Below are positions 16,810-26,100 of a DNA stretch of 42,633 nucleotides, in pieces (position 1 is the stretch's first letter; each line of letters opens with the position of its first letter). Made by a program: the position numbers and the translations under genes. The stretch spans positions 1-42,633 of the forward strand of contig CALFHQ010000853.1 of the NCBI GenBank assembly GCA_937876385.1, written 5' to 3'. Under the pieces are notes generated by a model, which ran no database searches, was not told the DNA's origin, and was given only the letters and a program-made list of their open reading frames with translations. Source of the DNA: an uncultured Pseudomonadota bacterium. GTDB lineage: Bacteria > Myxococcota_A > UBA9042 > CAIXZC01.

Positions 16810-18176
16810 AACAGACCATTGCATTTGTAGCGTTGATGACGGTGATTTTGAGTTCCGGGACGGTGTTTGCTTCGGGAATCGAGCTGCAGGAGCAGTCCGC
16901 TGTGGCTCAGGGCCGAGTTTTGGCGGTGCGTGCCTTCCTGGAAGACCCCAGCACGGTGTTCTACAACCCGGCGGGGCTGGCCTATCTGGACGGTTTCCAC
17001 TTTGCCATTGGGGATACACTGGTGTTCCCCTTGTTCAACTACTCGGATGCCCGGAACGTTCCGGCGGATCAGAAATACAAGGACGCTTCAAACGAGAACC
17101 TCGTCGTGCCCCCTCCCCACATCTATGCTGCCTGGGGAACGTCCTTGGGCCGTGCCGGGCGTATCGGAGTGGGTGCTGGGTTCAACTACCCCTTCGGGCT
17201 GACTCTGGTGTATCCCGACGATTTTGCGGGCAAGTATCTGGCAGCGGAGTCCTCTTTGCTGATTCCGGAGATCACACTGGGGGTGGCCTACTCTCCGATT
17301 CCCGAAGTGTCTTTTGGCGCTGGGTTTGTGATGTCCCCGGCGGCCGTCTACATGAAGCAGGCCATGGGGAAGCAGTTCGGTCTCGTGGCTGACGACGGCT
17401 CCCCCATCAAGGATTCCTACGTGGAGCTGGCCGGTCAGGGTTGGGGATTTGGATACACCGTTGGCGTGCAAGCGCGTCCCATCAAGAATCTGTACATGGG
17501 GGCTACTTTCCGCAGCCCCATCAGCATTGAGATGCAAGGGGATGCGCACTTTGAGATTCCCGGATTGACGGACAAGTCTGCGTTCCCCGACCAGAAGGTC
17601 GAGACGGCGTTCCAGCTTCCCGACATCATCAGCGTGGGGGTTGCCTATCGGCTCTTCGACGTCTGGCTGGCTGAGATCGACTTTGAGTACTTCTTCTGGT
17701 ACCGCTTCAAGAGCATCCCGATGACTTTCCCCGATGACAAGTCGGGAGCTCTGAGTCAAGAACTCGCCCAGGATTGGGAGAACGGTTGGGTCATTCGATT
17801 TGGAAACGAATTCCAGGTTACCCCGAACTTCGTCCTTCGAGGGGGCGTCGGGTACGACGTCAACCCCGTTCAAGACGAGAACATGTCTCCCATGCTGCCT
17901 GACGCAGATCGTCTCTTCCTGGCCGTTGGGGCGGGGTATCGGTTTGATTTCGGGTTGAAGCTGGATGCCAGCGTGCAGACGACCTATTTCCTTCCGAGAA
18001 CGGTCACCGGGGAGGCCTGCACGGCTCAGTCCTCTGACCCTGCCTGCTTCGACGAAAATGGCGATTTCAAGGCCTTCAACGAATCGGGACAGGCCACCTG
18101 GAGCGGCAACCGGTTCCCCTCTGAGTGGAACAACTTCGCCGTTCTTGTGGCAACCACCATCGGTTATTCTTTTTAG
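16806..18176 (+). CDS. fadL: Outer-membrane long-chain fatty acid/hydrophobic compound transporter (FadL/OMPP1/TodX family).
   Basis: The signal peptide ends 'VFA-SG'. 'ELQEQSAVAQGRVLAVRA...DPSTVFYNPAGLAYL' matches the family N-terminus. The C-terminus is a beta-barrel end, '...IGYSF'. The ATG overlaps the lipase stop (ATGA). Confidence 0.8.
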   Translation: MKQTIAFVALMTVILSSGTVFASGIELQEQSAVAQGRVLAVRAFLEDPSTVFYNPAGLAYLDGFHFAIGDTLVFPLFNYSDARNVPADQKYKDASNENLVVPPPHIYAAWGTSLGRAGRIGVGAGFNYPFGLTLVYPDDFAGKYLAAESSLLIPEITLGVAYSPIPEVSFGAGFVMSPAAVYMKQAMGKQFGLVADDGSPIKDSYVELAGQGWGFGYTVGVQARPIKNLYMGATFRSPISIEMQGDAHFEIPGLTDKSAFPDQKVETAFQLPDIISVGVAYRLFDVWLAEIDFEYFFWYRFKSIPMTFPDDKSGALSQELAQDWENGWVIRFGNEFQVTPNFVLRGGVGYDVNPVQDENMSPMLPDADRLFLAVGAGYRFDFGLKLDASVQTTYFLPRTVTGEACTAQSSDPACFDENGDFKAFNESGQATWSGNRFPSEWNNFAVLVATTIGYSF

Positions 18177-18180
18177 CTAA

Positions 18181-19683
18181 TCAGTCTACAAATTGTTCGA
18201 GAATGTCTTTGCGCTGAGAGGTGCGGAGTTTGTCCAGAGCTTTGATCTCGATTTGACGGATGCGCTCTCTGGTGAGGGAGAAGCTTTGGCCCACCTCTTC
18301 CAGCGTGAAGGTCCGCTCCTCGCCGATTCCAAACCGCATGCGAAGGATCTTCTCTTCTCGAGGGTGGAGAGACTTCAAGACCCGAGTGGTGACCTCCATG
18401 AGGTTCTTGTTTACCATCATTTCGACGGGATCTTCGGCCTGATCGTTGGGGATGAAATCTTTGAGTTCGGTGTTGTTGTCACCCACCGGCATGTCCAGGG
18501 GAAGGGGATCGGTGGCCAGGTTCAGTGTGCGAGATACCTGGGTGGCGGACAGTCCGCATTCGGCAGCGATCTCTTCTTCCGTTGGATTTCGGTTGAGCTT
18601 TTGCTTGAGAGCTGACTTGGAACGGTGAATTCGCCCGAAGTTTTCCACAAGATGCACAGGAACCCGAATGGTTTTCCCTTGATCTGCGATGGTTCGGGTG
18701 ATGCACTGCCGGATCCACCAGGTGGCGTAGGTGGAGAACTTGTGTCCTCGGCGGTAGTCGAATTTTTCCACGGCCTTCATGAGACCGATATTCCCTTCCT
18801 GGATCAGGTCAAGGAGCTGAAGTCCGTGTCCCATGTATCGTTTGGCCATATTCACCACGAGGCGAAGGTTGGCGCGGATCATTCGGGTTCGGGCCCGGTG
18901 CGCCTTTCGATCGCCTCGACCCATCCGAGTCAGTGTCTCGCGAATTTCCTCAGCATCGAGGCCGAACTGCCGTCTGGCCAGTCGCTGCAGTTTCCTCTCC
19001 AGTTCTGCTTGCTTCTCTTCCCTGTCTTCGGGGTCGGCCCTTCGCATTTTGGCCAGGGTCGCCTCTCGTTGGCGGAGGAACTCTTTGGCGTCGTTTCGGA
19101 AGGATACACCCAGAAGGTGTACCATTCGGGGGCCAACGGGGCTGACATGGAAGACCTTGAACAGGTCGCGGGTGATCTCAAAATCGAGGGGCTTGCTTCG
19201 TCGACTGGAGAGGCGCTTGGTGGAGGAGACCGGGAGATGCAGAGCATCAAAGGCGGCGGTGAGTTCGGTGAGCAGGATCTCGACTTCTTCCAGACAGTTG
19301 CGTCGTTCGAAGGTGACGAAGTCGGTGGTCAATTCGGTGATCGCTTCTTCACTTCGAGAGCCGTCGATAAACTCCTCCAGCATTTTGAAGAGGCGCTTAT
19401 GATTGGCCGGCACGGACAGCAGGGCGTGGAGCGTCTCAAGCTGGCCGTCTTCAATGCCCAGGGCCAATTCGGCTTCTTCTTCTCGAGACAGCAGGGGTAC
19501 TGCTCCGATACGACGAAGGTACATCATCAAAGAGCTGTCAGATCGAGAATCCCGTCGGGCCGTTCGTTGTTTCAAGACGACTTCCTGTTTGGCCCTTTTC
19601 TCGGCTGCTGCGATGCCGGTACAAGGCACCACCGAGGTTGAATTCGTGTCTTCCTGCGTCATCGATTTGTGGGTCTCTGCCAT
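18181..19683 (-). CDS. rpoD: Primary RNA polymerase sigma factor (sigma70).
   Basis: Region 2 is '[37 protein letters not shown]'. Region 4 is '[23 protein letters not shown]'. The start was moved to ATG 19683, with AGGAGG 6 nt upstream; the track ORF runs to 19929. Confidence 0.95.
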   Translation of the reverse strand: MAETHKSMTQEDTNSTSVVPCTGIAAAEKRAKQEVVLKQRTARRDSRSDSSLMMYLRRIGAVPLLSREEEAELALGIEDGQLETLHALLSVPANHKRLFKMLEEFIDGSRSEEAITELTTDFVTFERRNCLEEVEILLTELTAAFDALHLPVSSTKRLSSRRSKPLDFEITRDLFKVFHVSPVGPRMVHLLGVSFRNDAKEFLRQREATLAKMRRADPEDREEKQAELERKLQRLARRQFGLDAEEIRETLTRMGRGDRKAHRARTRMIRANLRLVVNMAKRYMGHGLQLLDLIQEGNIGLMKAVEKFDYRRGHKFSTYATWWIRQCITRTIADQGKTIRVPVHLVENFGRIHRSKSALKQKLNRNPTEEEIAAECGLSATQVSRTLNLATDPLPLDMPVGDNNTELKDFIPNDQAEDPVEMMVNKNLMEVTTRVLKSLHPREEKILRMRFGIGEERTFTLEEVGQSFSLTRERIRQIEIKALDKLRTSQRKDILEQFVD

Positions 19684-20053
19684 GATGAACCTCCTACGAT
19701 TGGCCCAGTACTGTTGCAAGATTTGGGCCACTCGTTGAGGGGGGAGAAATGAGGCGAAGAGTCCTGGCATCCGAGACCGCAGACGAGTCATAGCGCCACT
19801 TGCCGGAATTGGAAATTGATACACCAACCGTGGCCGCTGCGAAGGAGTGATGGGGGTGTGTAGAAATACTCTACATGCCCATGATCTGACTGTCGCCCGG
19901 CCATCAGATTCCACTCTCCCGAAGAGCATAAATTATTTCCCTTTGCGATCCTGAAAAAGCCCTTCCGACGGTATGTGCGATGTGCTATACACGCTACGAT
20001 TCTTGTAGCGGACCCAGGGGGTCAAACCCCTGACAACGAAGAGAGGTTGTGCC

Positions 20054-21169
20054 GTGCTTATTGGTGTTCCCAAGGAAATCAAAATTCAGGAATATCGTGT
20101 TGGTCTGACTCCCGCCGGTGCCCAAACGCTGGTGGATGCAGGGCACACGGTGCGAATTCAGAAGGGTGCCGGGTTGGGCAGTGGTTTCGCTGACGAGGAA
20201 TACGTGAAGCGAGGGGCTTCCGTCCTCGACACGGCAGAAGAGATCTGGCAGACCTCCGAAATGATCATCAAAGTGAAGGAGCCCATCGCCCCGGAATATC
20301 CACTGTTCCAGGACAACCAGCTTCTTTACACATACTTCCATCTGGCAGCGGCGCCGGTCGAATTGGCAGCGGCTCTGCTGGAAAAGAACGTTCGCTCGGT
20401 GGCCTACGAGACCATCCAGATGCCCGACGGCTGTCTCCCCCTCCTCCAGCCCATGAGTGAAGTGGCCGGTCGAATGGCGATTCAGGTGGGTGCTGCCAGT
20501 CTCCAGAAAGAGCACGGCGGAAAGGGCGTTCTGCTGGGCGGTGTCCCGGGGACGCGCCGAGGCAGAGTCGCCATTCTGGGTGGCGGGACCGTGGGTACCA
20601 ACGCGGCGAAAATGGCCATCGGAATGCAGGCAGAAGTTCGGATCCTGGACGTCAACGTGGAGCGTCTCCGCTACCTCGACGACATCTTCGGATCCCAGGT
20701 GACTACTCTGTACTCCGACATTGCCAACATCGAAAACAGCGTCAAGTGGTGCGATCTTTTGGTCGGCGGCGTGCTGATTCCGGGCGCCAAGGCCCCGAAG
20801 CTGGTCACCGAACAGATGCTCACCATGATGGAAGATGGCTCGGTCATCGTGGACGTTGCCGTGGACCAGGGCGGGTGTATTGAGACCTGCAGAGCCACGA
20901 CCCACGAAGATCCGACTTACGTGAAGCACGGCGTTGTTCACTACTGCGTGGCCAACATGCCCGGTGCCGTTGCTCGGACCTCCACCTTCGCTTTGACCAA
21001 TGCTACCATCGGGTACGCCGTGAAACTGGCGAACCTGGGCATGGAAAAAGCAGTGAAGGTGTACCCCGAACTGCACCCCGGCGTGAACACGTACAAGGGC
21101 GTTGTTACCTTCAAGGCCGTCGCCGACGCTTTGGACCTGCCGTACGCTGCCCTCGATACGCTGTTGTAG
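20054..21169 (+). CDS. ald: Alanine dehydrogenase.
   Basis: '[21 protein letters not shown]' is followed by the Rossmann motif '[14 protein letters not shown]'. The length of 371 aa is typical. The start is GTG. Confidence 0.95.
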   Translation: MLIGVPKEIKIQEYRVGLTPAGAQTLVDAGHTVRIQKGAGLGSGFADEEYVKRGASVLDTAEEIWQTSEMIIKVKEPIAPEYPLFQDNQLLYTYFHLAAAPVELAAALLEKNVRSVAYETIQMPDGCLPLLQPMSEVAGRMAIQVGAASLQKEHGGKGVLLGGVPGTRRGRVAILGGGTVGTNAAKMAIGMQAEVRILDVNVERLRYLDDIFGSQVTTLYSDIANIENSVKWCDLLVGGVLIPGAKAPKLVTEQMLTMMEDGSVIVDVAVDQGGCIETCRATTHEDPTYVKHGVVHYCVANMPGAVARTSTFALTNATIGYAVKLANLGMEKAVKVYPELHPGVNTYKGVVTFKAVADALDLPYAALDTLL

Positions 21170-21330
21170 CCTTCCTTGCTTCCCCTGCCGATCCCTCCTG
21201 CAACCTTGCATCCAGACCCCGCTTGCCTATCTTGTTTGTGAGCCGTTTTCCGGTGTCTTGAAAAAATCTGGACTCCTTGGGAATAGCTCTGGATGACGCT
21301 GTGTTTGTTGGGGCGTCAGGAGGGAATGAC

Positions 21331-21975
21331 GTGTCGAAGAGAACGGCAGAAAGAAAAATCGTTGAGCAGGAATTCCTGCCCCATCTCGATAGTCTCCACC
21401 GATACGGCCTGTTCTTGACCCGAGACACCACGATGGCTGAAGAGCTGACCCAGGAAACGATGCTCAAGGCCATTCGAGCGAGCTTTCAATACAAAGAAGG
21501 TACAAACTCCAAGGCGTGGCTCTTTCGGATCATGACCAACACCTTCCTGAATCAGACTCGTCGACGCAAGAAGATCTATGAACTCGACGAGGGGACGATG
21601 AATGTGGAAGAGGAAGCCGAAGTCGGTCAGGTGTTTGTGCACAGCAATCAGACCCCTGAGCAGAGCTTCGTCACCATGCTTTCGAAGAGCAAGGTTCGAG
21701 AAGCCATCGAGAAGCTTCCTCCCGAGTTTCGTTCCGTGGTGGTTCTGGCGGATTTGGAGGAACTCTCTTACAAGGAAATTGCGGAAGTTCTCTCCTGTCC
21801 CATCGGAACCGTGATGAGCCGTCTTCATCGGGGTCGAAAGCTCCTGCGAACTCGACTGATGTCGTGGGCTCTGGAGATGGGGTTGGTGAAGGGCGTTGAA
21901 GAAGAGGACGAACCAAAAGAGACGATTTCACTAGAAGATTATAGGCGGTCCACTGGGCCAACAACGGATCAGTAG
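21331..21975 (+). CDS. ECF (group 4, RpoE-like) sigma factor with a ~40-aa acidic C-terminal extension.
   Basis: Region 2 is 'AEELTQETMLKAIR...AWLFRIMTNTFLNQ'. Region 4 is 'LSYKEIAEVLSCPIGTVMSRLHRGRKLLR'. GTG 21331 has GGAGGG 6 nt upstream; the track ORF starts at 21277 in the same frame. Confidence 0.9.
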   Translation: MSKRTAERKIVEQEFLPHLDSLHRYGLFLTRDTTMAEELTQETMLKAIRASFQYKEGTNSKAWLFRIMTNTFLNQTRRRKKIYELDEGTMNVEEEAEVGQVFVHSNQTPEQSFVTMLSKSKVREAIEKLPPEFRSVVVLADLEELSYKEIAEVLSCPIGTVMSRLHRGRKLLRTRLMSWALEMGLVKGVEEEDEPKETISLEDYRRSTGPTTDQ

Positions 21976-21987
21976 GTGTTAGCAGTC

Positions 21988-22761
21988 ATGCGGTGCGAAG
22001 ATATCAAGAGATTTGCGTCCCTCTACATCGATGGCGAATTCGATGAACTGGAGGGAGCGCGGTTTGAGGATCACCTCGAGCATTGCGAAACTTGCCGCGA
22101 CATGATTCAGTCGACGCGGGTGTTTCAGCAGGCTCTGGTGGAACGACTCAATCCGCCTCGAATGCCTCGGGCCGTACGAGATCGAATTCTGGAGGCCGTG
22201 GATGCGGAGCTATCCGCCGCCCCTCGCCCCTGGATCTGGAAGGTTCCCATGGCCGCCGCTGCGAGCATTGTCCTCGCTGTCGGAATCTATGCGGCCCTAC
22301 CGGGAGTGGGCGAGAATGCAGAAGCCGAAGAGGTGGAAACACTCGTTGAAGAGTCGGTAGCGGTGCATGAAGCGGCTCTACCTCCAGAAGTGGAAGGGAA
22401 TGGGGACGCTGTGCGAGGTTTCCTGGCAGAGAAGGCTCACCTCAATTTGCGTCCTCCCATTGAAGAGAATGACTCCACCCGATTGTTGGGGGTTCGCCTT
22501 ACCCGAATCGGAAAATCGCGGGCAGTGTTGTACCACTACCTGCATAACAACCGATCGGTGTCGGTGGTCCAGATTCCCAGGCGGCATCTGGAGACGCTAC
22601 GAGGGAATCGACAGTTGATTCCTGCGTCCACCCGGGTTTTGTATGACGGTGCCCGAAGGGGCTACAACATTACCCTGTTTGAAGGTTCTGGTTCCACCAA
22701 CACGGTGGTTTCAGATATGCCCAGCCGAGAGCTGCGCAAGTTGATCCCTGCGAGTCTGTAG
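21988..22761 (+). CDS. Membrane-spanning anti-sigma factor with an N-terminal zf-HC2 (ZAS) motif.
   Basis: 'HLEHCETCRDM' gives H-x3-C-x2-C. There is a single TM segment, 'VPMAAAASIVLAVGIYAAL'. The gene lies immediately downstream of the ECF sigma gene. An alternative GTG start is at 21976. Confidence 0.8.
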   Translation: MRCEDIKRFASLYIDGEFDELEGARFEDHLEHCETCRDMIQSTRVFQQALVERLNPPRMPRAVRDRILEAVDAELSAAPRPWIWKVPMAAAASIVLAVGIYAALPGVGENAEAEEVETLVEESVAVHEAALPPEVEGNGDAVRGFLAEKAHLNLRPPIEENDSTRLLGVRLTRIGKSRAVLYHYLHNNRSVSVVQIPRRHLETLRGNRQLIPASTRVLYDGARRGYNITLFEGSGSTNTVVSDMPSRELRKLIPASL

Positions 22762-22806
22762 GCCAGGACAACCCCGTGTCCTGACCACTCGTCGCTTCTC
22801 ACTCCG

Positions 22807-22856
22807 AACGCTGCGAGGCAAAGCACCCCGACTTTGCCCGCAGCGTTTTCTTTTTT
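22807..22856 (+). terminator. Rho-independent terminator downstream of the anti-sigma gene.
   Basis: The stem is 16 bp with a 1-nt bulge: AACGCTGCGAGGCAAAG (22807-22823) pairs with CTTTGCCCGCAGCGTT (22832-22847). The loop is 8 nt. A T-tract TTCTTTTTT follows at 22848-22856. A smaller hairpin, CAGGACA/TGTCCTG, lies at 22764-22783. Confidence 0.75.
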
Positions 22857-22882
22857 AAGGGTACTGGCGCCAGCCATTGGCG

Positions 22883-22945
22883 CCCCGTCCCCGAAGCAGC
22901 TCTCCCCGTCCCCGAAGCAGCTCTCCCCGTCCCCGAAGCAGCTCT
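22883..22945. repeat. Perfect 3 x 21-bp tandem repeat (CCCCGTCCCCGAAGCAGCTCT), intergenic.
   Basis: Read directly from the sequence: units at 22883-22903, 22904-22924 and 22925-22945 are identical. A 10-bp palindrome CTGGCGCCAG lies just upstream at 22864-22873. Confidence 0.95.
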
Positions 22946-23137
22946 CCTGAATGTAGTAGCTTACCAGTCAGGCATGTCCCTTCAGGCGTCGCCCCAGGGG
23001 CAGTAAGCCCTTCAGGCGTCGTCTCGCTGGCACTTGCACAAAGTCGTGTCTTGGGTGTGGCGTCTCAACCGTGTTGAACGAAGCTGCGGCGGGGGGGGCG
23101 GATTGGTCTGTGCTGAGGGCGGGGGAGGGAAGTCAGG

Positions 23138-26100
23138 CTAGTTGGAAGCGGGCATCTGCTCTTTTACGTACTGGTCCCAATCCTCCGGCACCTTGAACTC
23201 GATCTTTCGGCAATCGAGGCGGCGGTTGGCCAGTCGTGCGCTGAGAGCGGCGTACCATTCGGCGTTGGCAGCGGTCTTTTCGAATTCTTGGGTGAGGGTC
23301 TCCCACTCTTCCTTCTTGAAGCCTGCTTCCATTCGAATGCGTTCGTTGTTGCCGTCGACGTGCTTGGCGTAGCTCTCGGTCTGAGCATCGTTCATTTCGC
23401 CCTTCAGGTCTTCCATCGCGGCACCCATGTGGGTGGAGATGACGGCCTCAGAGAAGTTCTCGATGTTCTTGGCGAGGAGGGCGTATCGGTTGGCCATTTC
23501 CAGCGCCTTGTCGAGGGCTTTGAGGACGTTTGAGGGCTCACGCAGGTAGGCGGAAGCCAATCGCTTGCCGCGGCGGAACTTGCGGAGGAGTCTGGATTTC
23601 GTCCAGCACCAGGCCTTGAGCTTGTCCAGTTCGGTTCTGTAGAGTCCGAGGTCCACGGTGAGGGTGTCCATGAGAGCGGGGACTGCATCTCCATAGCGCT
23701 CCACGGTATCCTTGAGCCACACGAGTTCCACGAGATAGACGTAGCGTTCGGGGTCGATCCATTTGGCGACTTCCTTGGCTTCGTTGATGTTGAGCTTGGC
23801 GAATTCCCGCTCGAACTTGCTGGGGGATTCGATGAGCTTGATGAGCCAGAAGTACTTGAGGTGGATATCGTTGTTCACGATGCTTCGAATGGCGTCCCGG
23901 TAGGAAGGCATGTTGGGTTGTTCGGCCCGAAGCTGGTCGTAGTCTCGTCGGGACATGAACATGGGCTCCATGCGTTTCTCGAGGACTTTGAGTCCTTCTT
24001 CGAGCTTGGAGGGAGCGAACACTTCCATGTAGGCGAGGTACTTGTGGAATTCGGGCTGGTCTCCTTCCTTCTTGGGTGGTTCCCAAGACTTGACTTCGGG
24101 AAGAGTGGAGATCTGCTTGAAGTACTCTTTGCCGTCTTTGGGAGAGGAGATGTAGTACAGACCGTAGTAGAGGTCGGGGTCTGTGGTCTTGAGGGTTTCG
24201 AGTTTCTCGTCGGGGTATTTCTCGAAGAAGTCCCGTCGGTCGTTCTCGTAGAGTGCGTTGGCGGCTTTGAGTTCCTGTCGCAGGACTTCGAAGCGGCGCA
24301 GTGAGTTCAGGTAGTCTCTGAAGGCTGCGGCTTGCATCCGGAGGCCTTCTTTCTCGGCTCCCACCATCTCTTCGAACTTATCAAGGTCTTTCTTGTAGCG
24401 GGCCTTGTTGTGTTCTTTGACGAAGAGGAGGCAGTTCTGGACGTCCTGGGACCACAGTCGGAAGTACCACTCATCAAAGGCAAGCTTGCTGCCGGTCCAG
24501 TAAGAGGCTTCCATGGCCTTTCTAAGACCGAAGGAGTACTCGCTGGGGATGATGTTGCGCTGTTCGGCGTCGACCCGGTAGTTTACCTGCTGGGACTGTG
24601 CGAACTTCTTCAAGGAGTCGTTCATCTCGTCGGGGGCGTACAGGTATGCCTGGATGAGGTACTGAACGAAGCGTCCGCTCGCTTCAACGCGGGTGGCGAG
24701 GTCTTCGTACTTCTCGGTTCCCTGGTACTCGGTGACGGGAGTGATGTAGCCTTCGATGTCCTGCTTGAAGGAGTCGAGTTTGCCTTCAGCGATCTTGTCG
24801 TTCACGAACATCATCGTGTAGACGGTGTAGGCATCGGGGCTGGCTGTACGGATGTTCTCCAGGGCTGCGAGGCAGTCCTTGTCTTTCACGGGTTTGAATT
24901 CCCCTTCTTTCTGTCCGGGGATCCACTTCTGGAGGCAGAGGAGTCCGGCGGCTTCGACGGGGTTGGAAGCGAGATACGTGTCCATTCCTTCCCAATCGGC
25001 GCGTTTCACGCCCATTCCTTCGAGAATGCCGTAGTACACTCCGGTTTCCACGGGTCCCAGGTCAGCCATTGTGGCGCCTTTTCCGCCCAGCACCTGGACG
25101 AATTCACCCATGTTCTTGGGGTCGCATTTCTTCAGCTCGCCGCAGTAGTAGAAGATCTCCGCCATTCCGTTTCGAATGGTGGCCATGTTCTTGACTTTTC
25201 TGACGACGTCCACTGCGCTGACGGCTTTCTGGTAGGGGGCTCGCAGGCCTTCAAGGAGTTCCACCCGAGCTTTCTTCTCGGCGGCATCTTCCTTGAGCTT
25301 CTCGGCCAGGAGCTTCGTGACTTTGAGGCGCTTGATTTCTTCCCACTGGTCTTCCCACTCGAGTCTCCAGCAGCGCATCTTGTTGCGAGCTTGCTCATAC
25401 TTTATCTTGAGGGGACCCCACGCTCTCAGGAGGGCGAAGTGGTCCGGGAATTGGACGATGAACTTGCCGGAGCCGAGGTCTTTCCAGTCGTTTTCGCCGT
25501 AGGAGATGACCTGCGGGAGGAAGTCTTTTCGCTCGAACAGGAAGTTGTAGCGGAATACGAAGATGGGCACCTTTGCGGGGTCCATCGCGGTTTCGCCATC
25601 GGGGCAGAGCATGCCGCCGGTTCCCATGTCAGCGTAGTATGTGTCGTCCTGGGGGCAATACTGAACGGATCGCAGGGCGTGCTGGGTGCACTCATCGCTG
25701 GGTCCCGTTTCGGTTGCAGCCTGCTCACGGCACTTCTCCTGGAAGCCCGGGCAGTACTGCCAACTGGCAGGGTAGAATTGTCGGTCATCGGGGCACATCA
25801 TCCCCTTCTCACGAATGGGAAGGTTCTCGATGCTGAGGTAGGGCAGTTCCTCCCCGGCCTTGAGGTGCAGCGTTTCGTTGTCGATGCCGATGGGATCGCC
25901 CCACTCCGTGGGAGTCTTGGCGCTGATGTCATCGTATCGCAGAAGCTGCTGGATGATGTAAACCTGGGCGTCTCGAGGGAAGTACTGGAGTCGGATGTCG
26001 CCGTACTTCTCATTGAGGAGTTCGGTTTTGTCCTGGTACATCTTTCGAAGCGCTTCGGCACGCTGCTCTTCGACCTTGAAGAGATCCCCTCGAATGAAAC

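Noticed and set aside
19684-19929. N-terminal extensions proposed by the ORF track. These affect rpoD (to 19929), cmk-era (to 32836), the sigma54 activator (to 9788), PolX (from 26514), the ferredoxin (to 7328), DUF5320 (to 7781), csp (from 28495), comF (from 40979) and der (to 31025).
   Set aside because: In each case a downstream ATG or GTG has a good Shine-Dalgarno sequence at 5-12 nt. That start gives an N-terminus matching the family norm. The extensions encode non-conserved, often Arg/Pro/Ser-rich sequence.
22883-22945. Whether the tandem repeat could be a CRISPR array. I also looked for tRNA, rRNA, tmRNA, SRP RNA, IS and integrase signatures across the window.
   Set aside because: The repeats are contiguous with no spacers, and no cas genes are present. 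I found no cloverleaf-like or conserved RNA motifs, no transposase or integrase ORFs, and no terminal inverted repeats.
23029-23041. A TGGCACTTGCA string resembling fused sigma54 -24 and -12 elements.
   Set aside because: The two half-sites are adjacent rather than separated by the canonical spacer, so the GG-N10-GC geometry is absent.
22877-23077. A 66-aa ORF encoding 'PRPRSSS' repeats.
   Set aside because: It is simply the translation of the 21-bp tandem repeat. It has no SD, its composition is not coding-like, and it lies between two convergent 3' ends. I treat it as a non-coding repeat.
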